The position numbers and the translations under genes were made by a program. Below the pieces are notes generated by a model. The model saw only the letters and a program-made list of their open reading frames with translations. It was not told the DNA's origin and ran no database searches. A DNA stretch of 64,000 nt. Origin: Trichinella spiralis. Lineage: Eukaryota. Positions within the stretch are counted from its first letter, which is position 1. The number at the start of each line of letters is the position of its first letter. Shown piece after piece: positions 25,492 through 36,700 of this stretch. The stretch covers positions 9,656,849-9,720,848 of the forward strand of contig NW_003526943.1 in NCBI RefSeq assembly GCF_000181795.1. The letters are read 5' to 3'.

Positions 25492-26607
25492 TTAATCTGT
25501 ACAAAGAACCCTTCTGATTTGCTATCAAATATGTCCTTACAATGATTGTACAGATCAACGAGAATGACTAGAAACATCTTATGCCATGGGACCACGAAAA
25601 AGGAGTTGAGCAGGGAGTTGCAGCTGATGGTAAAAGTTTGTATAGCCATTGGACATTGACTAATATGGATATTCACATTAGTGCTCTAATGAAACGCTTT
25701 CAATCAGCTGAAGTGCAATATTCTTGACTTGTCCTCAAACTTTGAAGACTTTGTAGTAGTGACTTCAACAGGGACAAGCATGTGAGATAACCTGAAGCGC
25801 GCTGCATATAACTGACAGGAACCTGTGGAAGTCCACATGAGCGCCAATGTGGTACGTCATTGATTCCTCTTCCTTGAGTATTGGCCGCCGCTTTATTATT
25901 TTACGAATCGAGTTTCAGCCTTTGATTTGAGATTACACTTCAATAAACTGAATGAACAATTCTAGTTGCATTTCCTATAACGGATTGAAATGTGTAATGT
26001 ATAGATGATAATGCTACGTTTCACTTCACAACACATTCACTGTAAGTTATTTAACAACAACTGAAATTAAGAGTTACTGCTTATGTACTCAGTTTTGTAA
26101 AAATAAAATTAAACATGGCCGCTGAAATGTCACCAGCCATATAAGTAATAGATATTTGCAACTAATAATTAGCTTAGTAAAAAGCAATTTTTAAAATTCT
26201 ATATAACTTTTATTAATGTTATTGATAGAAAATGAATAACACAGGTAAACTACTTCCAAATAAAAAGTTGTAGGCCAGTTTAGGTAGGCTGGCAGCTTTA
26301 TATCTGAGAAACATTGAAAAAAATGCCACATGTCAAGCAAATCCACAATTAAGTCATTGTTTAAAAATAATGATGAAATTAAATGCAATTAAACTGAAAA
26401 TTAAAATATTTGCTTGCTTACGTATTTACATAGTAAAGCTTAATTGCATCCACAGAATCACTTTATATATCATCATAAATATTTTCCCATCAGTTCATTC
26501 ACACAAATATACACGCAAACAACTATATGTATATATGTGTGCATGTGTATATAGGTGCGCGCGAGCGATTGCATGCCATTAATTCATACGCAATTACATA
26601 TTTATAA

Positions 26608-28645
26608 ATGCAGGAAATTATCCTCATACTTTTTGTTTTACCACACATGATAATTTCACAACAATGGAAATGCAAAAACAGAGCAGGAGCAGCCAATGCA
26701 GATTGGTAATTTTCATTATAAATATTTACTCAGTACAAAAAATATAAATTAAAATAAAATAAAGTATAGCAACATAACACAACATATCATAATATAGCAT
26801 GAAATCATATAGGAATTTTGGAATTTTTTCAGTATCTATTATGTGTTAATAAAAAACTGCCTGTAGCTTCTAATAATATTAACCTTCTCTGTAAGGGATT
26901 TCTAAAAATGGCTTACGTGTATGTATATAAAGGCATAAATAAGCAAAGAAATATATATGCGTTTATTTAATTTAATGTACAAGTATATAAAGAAACTGAA
27001 AACAAATCTCATATGCATAATGTAGTAATGCAAGACACATATAGGGCAATATTATACAAAGGACCTGCACAGGACACTGGTAAACTGCTAGCTTCAGATT
27101 CACCTAATGATTGGGCAAATGGAGCAGCAGCCGTAACTCAAAATAATGGGCATTCATTTGCAGTTGCACTGACAAATGTAGTAGGACCCCATGCTAATGT
27201 GAAATTTCTTGCGTACAACAATGTTCCTCCAGCAGTGCCTAATGTGAAAACAAAGTCCAACAGCAAAGGTAGGATGAATAAAAATTCAAAAATTTCACAA
27301 TTATTTAAATTATTTATGAAACAGGTGTCATTATTATCAGCACAGCTCAAGGAGAAAATGACGGCGCGTGGATTGTACATACTGTTCCAGGATTTCCGGC
27401 AGCAAAAACAGGTTACAGCTGGCCTGCAGCTGAAATTGCGAAAGGACACTTATTAATTTGCATGACTATCGCAGAAACCCAAATCAACGCAGTAGGTTAG
27501 TCTGTGGCTTAAACTAATACCGTATCAAAAATCATTACACTTCTTGTATTACAAATTTATTCTTATTAGTATTTTTGAAACAAGATATTCTGCATATATT
27601 TTTAATGAATAATCTGAAAAAGCTTTTTAATATTTAAAATATCTGCTTCTCATTAAAATGAAATATTAGCATTATAAAGTACTAAACATTTTATTCTTTC
27701 TATTTAGCTGCTTCATTAATTCAAATTGAACCTTTCGTATACTATAATGATATTCCTGAAACAGAAACAGCAGGAATGCCAGATTTTAAAAAATTAGCTG
27801 AAGGACAAATTCCTGTTTCCCCACCATTTACAACCAGACGATCGATTAAAACAGCGGCGCCTGCTCCTGTTGACATTCACATTTATAGCAAATCATCTAA
27901 ATCCAAATATGGTGGGTAGATAAAACATATTAACTAAAATGATTATTTAAGTGGCTTTTATAATTAGTTTATCATATTTGTTGAGAAGTAGTAATAAGTA
28001 AAACCAAAAGAAGGAACATCATAGGTTTAGAAAAGCATATAATCACACTAACAGCGATGAAAATAATTTTCAATAATTACTGATTAAAACGCAGATAATA
28101 TGTTATTCTTTCTTTTATTGCAGTAATTTTCACTGAAGTTGAAGAGAATTTAATTTGTGATCACTGAAGAAAGATTATCGCCTAGTAAATACAAATTATA
28201 TTTTTTGTAGAAGGAGAAATACATAGGCTTAATGAGAAATACTTTTAAAATTTGCAATTTTATTTTTAGAAATTTACAGAAAAGTCATTGTAAAAGCTCT
28301 CAAAAGGACTATAAAGGTGTGGTCTAGAAGAGACAATAAATTGAAAGGGGACTGCAGAGTTTTGCAAAGGAATATTCGTTTAATTAAAAGCCCAGCTCAA
28401 ATTGGTGATCAAGCCACTAATATTGAGGCTGACGAATCAAATTGGATTGTTTCAGAACCTGGAAATATATTTTGCTTCATGGATAAGCCATATTCAGTAA
28501 GTATATGGAACTTTTATTAAGCTACTGATGTTAAATTTAGAAAAATCAAATAAAAGAACCTGCGATGGCAGTTTGTATTGACAAGGATGCAATTTTTGCT
28601 CGATTTAATGCTATTGCTGCTCAAGTTGAAAACTGTCCATCATGA
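26608..28645 (+). CDS. Secreted DNase II-family protein, copy 5; 6 exons
   Basis: MQEIILILFVLPHMIISQQWKCKNRAGAANADW; SNSKG, WIVHTVPGFP, DESNW; 44-nt last intron; ends ENCPS*. Confidence 0.9.
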
Positions 28646-29448
28646 AAAGCAGTATGAAGTAGGAAATCAAAATTTTATAACATTTTAAACAAGATGTGTA
28701 CTGAAATTGCTGATTATTTGACAGTAGTTTTATGAATTTTATTTTCACTTATTTTTTTGAATACATTTAGCATTTATTAATAAATGGAAATGAAACCTTG
28801 AATTCTCACTGTTCTTTACTGTGTTCAGTTGTTGTTTTGATTAACGTCTTACATTAGATTTCAAGTCCCCTGAGCAGGTATTACTAATGCAGAACCTGAA
28901 TTTGGGATGTAGCATACTTTCTTGAAACATACAAACTGTTGTTGAACTCTGCTTTAGAAACATGGCTGCTAGATTTTACTGTTTTTGATTGAGTTATCCT
29001 GTTTTATTTATTTCTTAATTTCTGAGATGGAATTACTGATCAAACTTGAATAACTAATAAAATAAGATAATCGATCGCAAATTACTGATCAAACGTAGTA
29101 CAAGCCATACGTGAACAACCAATCACACAAAGAGTGGCAAGTTCCAATATAGAAAATTGGGAGCGCGCAAAATCAGCGTACTCCTTCAGTAGCATCAGAA
29201 ATTTAGAAAATTAGATTTGGTCACACGAAGCAGATGGTACAGAACTGTATAAAAACAATGTTGGAATGGAGCCTTGTATCAGCTTTCAACGAAAATTAAT
29301 AGCTATTACGTGACCAATAGTCTACAGTCAATAGCGCACTAGGAACGTCTGAGAAGAATCCATTCTTAAGTGATTGACTGCATCTGAAATTTTAACGGAT
29401 GGAAAATTAAAATTAAATTAGCAATGTTTTCACGGGATTTTTTATATA

Positions 29449-29612
29449 ATAATAATGTTAAAATAATTTAAATATTAATTCTACGTTGAAATACTCAAAA
29501 TTTAATTATTTCAGCATATTTTAATAACCTGAAAATCATTTGGTACAGAATAACAGCAATTTCCCTAAATGAGGGCATTTTTTTGTTTAAAACTACTAGA
29601 AGCTTTACTATG
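29449..29612. repeat. Dispersed direct repeat, copy B
   Basis: Homologous to 1-165. In addition, 'atgagatgattaggcg' occurs at 169-184 and 29841-29856. Confidence 0.8.
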
Positions 29613-30206
29613 TCTATTATACAGAATGAAGAAAAGGTTCTCAAAGTGGCGTATGTGTGTAAATGGTAAACATGCCCCAACTTAGCGAGAGATAAAATGG
29701 AAGAATATCAGTTAGGTGTCAACTGACGTCAGGACTGTGATTTTGAATGGTGTGCGCGTGTACTTGTTCATTTGTGTTAGCATTAAATTGTCAAACTACG
29801 TTCTAGTTGTTTAATAAATTTTTTCTTGCTTGTTTGTTTAATGAGATGATTAGGCGTTTTCGATTGACTTTGAAGTCACAGCTCTTGAATATCAGGTTGT
29901 ACTGGCAGTGCAGTCTACCATCATCTAATCTAACGGATTAGTTATGACTCACAGTTTCCATTAAAAAAGTTTATTGTTTAGAAATACAAAACCGTTTAAC
30001 TTGTAGAATTTAATGTATTTAGCACAGTAGTAACATGGAAAATTTGATAAATTAAAAAATGAATTACTTCCAAATTGGAAAAGCAAAAATATTGAGTATA
30101 CGCGTATCCGGTATTTAAGAGATTAAGGTTTAAAAGTCATACTAAGTTTTAAGGATATCAAAGAGTGATAAACTTTATTGTTTAGATTTTATGTCATTTT
30201 TTAAGT

Positions 30207-30780
30207 TGTAACGACCCGCCGGGTGGGGCTAGCGGATCTGCCTCTGGGGCCGCGCCAGTTCGTCCGCCGTTTCTATGTGCTTGTTCGTTCTCGCTCGCTG
30301 GGTCACGTCTCCTCGTCGACATCCTCGGAACACGCTTTTACTCGTGCAACTCGTCCGCACGTCGGTTAGCGCTCTCGCTCTTCGCCGCTCCAATATGTAG
30401 AAGGCTTTCGCCGCAGGGGGGCAACGTAGTGGGTCAACTGAAATTTGATCCCCTATTGTCTTGCTGACAGTCCCCCGGCTTGCGGCCCATCTGTAAATCA
30501 GCGGCTCGTTACGCGGGGGCTTTGATCCGCTGCCCCAACGGATCATCAGCGACCGGCATGCCCTCGGATCAATGACCGAACGCATGTTAAACAATGGCCG
30601 AACAATGGCTAATTAGGTACCGACGTGTCGGGTCATGAAGGTCTGTCGCCAGAAGCCACCCGCGGTCCTCGCCGGCGGCGTCTTTGAACTGGGCGGGATG
30701 GGAGGTTCTATTGCCGCAGCTCCGCGTCTACCTCAGCCGGATCTGCAATGAGCAACGCCGCCGTATAGCAAGGGTTGTTG
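30207..30780. mobile_element. GC-rich insertion, possible LTR or LTR-retrotransposon fragment
   Basis: Sharp GC-rich island beginning TGTAACG, an LTR-like terminus. No convincing ORF. The other terminus is not clearly defined. Confidence 0.45.
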
Positions 30781-31126
30781 TAAAGTAAATGCTTATAATA
30801 CATAAAATAATTGCATTCAAAATCATGTATAATTATTTACCTATCAAGAATGAAAATGATGACTATTTCTGATTAAATGCATGCGGATCCTTTTTAATTA
30901 TTTAAATGCTTATTTCTATTTATATTAAAATATTTTCATACTTTCATTGGATTGTTCTGCATGAAATAATTTAAACTTTAAGTATTTTTGAATAATACAT
31001 AGGTTTTATTTTAACTACTTTCTGGGTTATTTATGCAAATAACATTAATAATCAAAAAATTTTTAAATTCAACAGTATTTAAAATGACGATTTTACATAT
31101 ACTATAAAGAAACCCTCACTCGTGTA

Positions 31127-31208
31127 GCTGCGATGGCCGAGTGGTTAAGGCGTTGGACTTGAAATCCAATGGGATATTCCCGCGTAGGTTCAAATCCTGC
31201 TCGCAGCG
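31127..31208 (+). tRNA. tRNA-Ser(UGA)
   Basis: 82 nt; acceptor stem GCTGCGA/TCGCAGC; anticodon arm TTGGA-CTTGAAA-TCCAA; long variable arm; GGTTCAAATCC B box. Confidence 0.95.
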
Positions 31209-32013
31209 AAAATTTTCAATCTTTTCGTTTTGGCAAAATTGCATGCTAAAGTTCTATAATATTAATTTTCAAACAAATCATATAAAATTTATTTATTGCA
31301 TATTTCATTTGATTAGTTGTTTTATTTTCCAGACGTATTATTGTAAGAATGTGTTTCAAATTCTATCAGTGATTGCATAATTTGAACATAATTTTAATTT
31401 ATCCTTGATTATGAACTTATGTAAATTTTAAAATATGTGAACTGAATTATTTTTGCTACCATTTTATAAAGTGATCTTTCTGCTTTTTCTCAGTCGATAT
31501 TTTCAATGTAAACAGCTTTGCGCAGAGAACATTTTTATGCAAATTAAAAGTTAATGCAAGCGTAGAATGCAATAATAATTTCATCTCACTTGTCAGAATA
31601 AAAGTTTCCTGAAATTTTAGCTCAATTAAAAGCTACTGCTACCGTGAGACCGAAGTCGAAGACATCAATATCAGTAATGAAATTGTTAATGTTAGCAAAG
31701 TAAAAAAAGATTAACAGATAAATGAAATATATTGCGGCTATATGAATATTTTTCAGAGGTATTTAAAATTTCAACATGTAACAATAATAGGTATATTTAA
31801 TCGTAATTCGAAAACAAAATTACATCATATGAAACATTGTCTGATAAACATTATAATAAATAAATTATGTACGAATTTAAAAAATAAAAGACATAAATGT
31901 TACCAATTTTTTTTCATTTTAATAAATTCTATTCTTCGAATGAAAATACAATAATTCGTTATTATGATACATGAAAATGTCTCTTGATTTAAAAAAGACA
32001 TCTGAAATAATAA

Positions 32014-33776
32014 TCAGTTGTCAGAATACAAACGCAAAATGGTATATTTCAAATCGCGCGGTACACGCTTTATTACGATACGCCCATCGTAAGAAAGTGA
32101 CGCAAATACCCACGGATCGCAAGCCGACCATTCACAACAATATACTGATTCTTCGTGATCGTCATATTCCCGCAAAGGTCCATCAGGAATGCTAGAAATT
32201 AACTTCTGCATATAATTGTAATTTTAAATAAATGCAAACATTACTTAGAGATATTTGAATCTTCCATGTCATTATTGAATGATAAATCCACCGATTCGGA
32301 ACTAAAAGATGCAGCACACCAAAGTACAACTTTTGAGTCAGTACTACTGCTTAAGAATAATTGATCGTGCACTGGATTAAATCGGACTGAGCATACCCTG
32401 AATTTAAAAAATATTTGATGATTTATTTCATTATAACAATGCTACTACTTTCTAATGCAATGATATAAATTAATTTATTTCATTTCAGTTACCAGTGAGA
32501 ATGATGAGCAAATCTTGCTATTCTTTCTTTCGTCTTTCGGATGTCCCAAAAATGAATAAAACCATCATTAGCACCAGTCATCAAATAATATGGTCGATTA
32601 GGATTGAAGTCTAAATCTCGAATGCAGAGTGAATGGGCATCTTCGATCAAATATGTCTGCCTAAAATAAAGTTGTCATTTTTCAAATTAAAGTCATCAAG
32701 AAAAGCGAAATACTTGTTGCTTCGACTATCCCAACCGAAAATTGCCGTCCCTTGTGCCAGCGTTAAACAGCAACTATCATGATGAGGATCCCACTTTGCG
32801 ACAGTCAACGGATTCTGAGAATCTTCATTAACAGTTACCTTTCTTTTATTCTAAAAGTGGAATTAATTTTTCTTATACAATCACAATCAATGAATGCTCG
32901 TAAAAATAATACAAACTGTTCCATGCCATTCTTCAGATCTACAAAAATCAAGTGGCTCCCGATCAAAATGCAAGCTTCAGATGCTGAAAATGGCTTCCAC
33001 AAAAATCTAAATTTTAATACTGTAAATAAAATTCAAATTAACAGTTCGAATTAATTAACTTATGCTTAAAAAATTAGACAGAAAATATAAAGTATAACCT
33101 GGGTACATATCGATGTCCTTCCACGTCTATTGTCGCGGTTTCATTTAATTGAAGCGTTTCCGTTGTGCTTCCCTGCAATGATTTCAGCCTCCAAATTGAA
33201 CATTTAGGCTTGCAATTCTCTATTAAGCATTAAACAAAAATTTTCACATTATTCATTGCAACAAATACATCTATACACGAAGATCTATAAAAAATTGAAA
33301 AAAAAACATAACAGCAAAATGAACTGACACCAACTGATTTCGTACAAATTTTAAATAATTTACACTGACTGACTAATAAAAAAGCTAAGAAGTAAAACCT
33401 AAATACTTGTCATATAAGATGAAGCAAAAACATCTCCTTGAATAGGACAACCAGCAAGATACCAAATTTCACCAGCGTCGTGTGGAAAGGTCTGCTTAAA
33501 TAATTTTTGATCCGAATTCTCGTCATATGCAAAATAGTATATCTAAAATTCCAAAAATCATCAGTTTCATTAATTTGTAACTACTTTTAATAATAACTTG
33601 ATTTTCGTTTTTCAGCGACTGCGTTCCGGCAATAAAAATAGATTTTTCTTCGTCGTTTATTAAAGTAGCTAAACTTCTTGCCTGTAAAGTAAACACAAGC
33701 ACATGGTTATGATTACCAATTAACTCACCTGAAAATCCAAACCAAAAATAAATGTGTCTTCACTAGCATCATCCAT
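32014..33776 (-). CDS. EIPR1: EARP/GARP-interacting WD40 protein (TSSC1), multi-exon
   Basis: IFGLDFQ-ARSL...FIAGTQSLKNENQ, FPHDAGEIW, KWDPHH, AHSLCIRDLDFNPN, HSHW, RFNPVHDQL, HEESVYCCEWSACDPWVFASLSYDGR. Confidence 0.92.
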
Positions 33777-36700
33777 AAAAACCAATACTGAAATTTAAGA
33801 ATAAATAATAGGTACTGCGTGAGGAAAAGCTTTACTGAATAACATTTATTGAAAACATTAAAATGTCAAAAGTCTACATTACAAATCAAAATTCATATAA
33901 GTTAAAATATACTATAACATTTTATATTATAAACTAATTTTGTTTTGCTTTGAATATGAACAAAGTTAACATATTTCATAGTTAAACCATCGATACGTAA
34001 AGAAATTCCATATTTTTAATTTTGGTTATAATAACCAAAAGAAAAATTAATGCTGCAAAATTCGTTTATCGCAAATTTAATAGCTTTTCCATTTGAATTT
34101 TAAAAACTGCTTCAAATTATACAACTTTATGCGGATCTACAAAAACGCTATAAAAAACACCGCAAAACATTTCTTGCAAAAATTTTGAAAAGAAAACATT
34201 AATCAAGTATGAATTGATGAATAAAAAACTGAAATAAAAAGTGTTACAATAAACGGGGAATTGCATATTTCAATTGTATGATTACATTCATAATAAAATC
34301 TATCAAAAAAACAGAAAATATTTTGTTGCAGTTTTACAATTTAACAGTGAATAAGATGAATATTTACAGTTAGAGAAAATAAGTTAATTACAATTGTTTA
34401 TGAAATGCTAAAAAAATTTTTCATAAAATAATACTTTTAACTGTAGAAATTTCTTCTTCTTACGAAAAGGTTCTCGCTACTGATCATTTTCTAGAAGGCA
34501 AGTGAAACGCTTTTTTTACTAATACTGTTACTACTTTTCGATAGCAAGCACTGCTTCCCTGTGTACAAATGTCTAAATATTATGTACGCCGCAGTCAGTA
34601 TTTTAAATTCATAACCATTTAGACTACTATCTGTTAACACTAACTTTTACATAATTAGTGTATTCTTATTCTGTTTCGCTTTTTGTATAGCAGTAGACTG
34701 AATTCTTGATTCTTGCGTATGCAACTAATGGTCAAGCAAGATTAAGTACGGGCTTTATTTTTCAATATAGTACACTGTATATAAGAAAATATGCACAGAT
34801 GTGCACTCATCCTTACCTAATAGTTATTTTCAAATGTCACTTGCTTTTTTAGCAGCTAACTAAAATATACTTTATAATTTTATTTATCTGTGAAGAATCT
34901 CATACAGTATACTTGCTGACATGCAAGGTATTTTGAATATAAAATATTTAATAAATAATATTACTTAATTTATCGCAACATGCACATTTTAAATAGTAGT
35001 AAGAGAGCGTAATTAGCATAGGTAGATTGTTCTCCAAGTCCAATTAGTCAGGTGATCATATTTCAGAAGCTTGGAGCTGCTTTTGCTTTTTTATTATTTT
35101 CATCATTTGCACTGTGATTATTGCTGATTTACCATCCAACATTGAGGAATTAAAGTTAACTGTTAATGTCGATGCACTTTTGATAATTTTTATGACGAAA
35201 AAATTATTGTACTTGTATATCATTTTTGTCAGATAAATCACGACATCTTGAAAAAATGCTTTCTGGCAATCAAGTAATGCTTATTTGTTGATCTACTTTG
35301 TATATTTTGTTATAATGCGAAATGTTTCCTTCTGATGATTTGTTCAGATTTTGCTGAAGATGATGTTCAAATTTTAGCAGTGTGTAGGTTTCCTCAAATT
35401 TCTTTAATATTTCGTTTTTATAGAAATAAGCGAATAATTTTTTTATTAAAATATATACATATAACATTATTATTATTATACAACATATTTAAAATACATA
35501 CATTTTTATTAAAATATATACAGAAATATCTGTTTTCGGAAATATTTTACCAGAAAAATATGGAGCAGAGATCTCATAATTCAAAACCATTTATTTTTCT
35601 GTGCATGAATAATGGTTAGTAATAATATGTAAAGGTGGGCGTACTCAGAAGGTTAGCATTCATCAACCAAGCATTGCATTGAATGTATTCTGTGTTATTA
35701 TCTTGGTTATATCTGATTAATAAAAGTGCCATTCACGCATGGCAAGAGCAAGCAGATTTTTGCCAGCAGTGCCTCATTGTCATGTCTTTTGTGGTATACT
35801 ATTATTTGCGCAGCGAAAATTCATCATAACAATTATCTGTAGAGAAATCTGCTGGAACGCAAAGCAATACACAATGGGAAAATAATTACTGTGTGCTTGA
35901 GCTGTTAGTGGGGAAGAGGTCAGGTTATATAATTGGTTGGTGCAGGTCAAGCATCAGCATCTGTCTTCCATTATTCCTCTTCGTATTTGTCTTATTGCAA
36001 AGTGCGCTGCTCGCTGCTTCATCAAATAACTTCACCGTCTCAGTCCTGTAATTTGCAGCTTCGTATGTAAGTAAGTTATCTTTCGAATTATTTTCATAAT
36101 CAGCGTCCCGTAATTTGTCAATAAGGTTCGGATGAAGTGAAAACGGAGGTCATAGAAGTATAGATAATTGTGAAAGTGCATTTTATTGTTTATTCTGTTA
36201 GTTCGTTGTTTAAGATTTTGATGGTTACTCGCCATAAAATCTTTTTTCAGCAAAATTTTAGGAAAAAATGAGATTTAGCAGAAATTTATAAAAGTCATCG
36301 TCACCTTTTTTACCACTAAGCCAAACACTAAACACCAGTTACCATATATTTGTGAAAAAATTAGTAGGTAATGCAATTTCTGATTTGACAATAAAATTAA
36401 AGTAGGAAAGTTAAGTTTCCAATCATGGCAGTATAACTATCGTTGAAAAACGTAGTGGTCAAATACTGCTCTGGTATAAGTTAGATTATGGGAGGGACCA
36501 GTGCATCATTCGTTTTTCTTTTCTAAAGATATTATTTAAGGGAAATTTTTATCGAAGTAACCATTCAATTGGGTTTGAAAGAAATAAATTTAGAGAATGT
36601 AATTGCATAATAAAAATTATTTCAAAAGCTAAATGTAATAAAATGATACAATTAATACATTTAATTATAATACAGATTATTTTTATCATAAATTTGTCAC

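Noticed and set aside
7275..27449. Minus-strand ORFs overlapping DNase II exons (7275, 7294, 11221, 15480, 27138)
   Set aside because: Antisense shadows of the plus-strand exons. They recur only because the exons are duplicated.
30229..30594. 121-aa Arg-rich minus ORF
   Set aside because: Expected by chance in GC-rich sequence; no recognisable gag or other motif.
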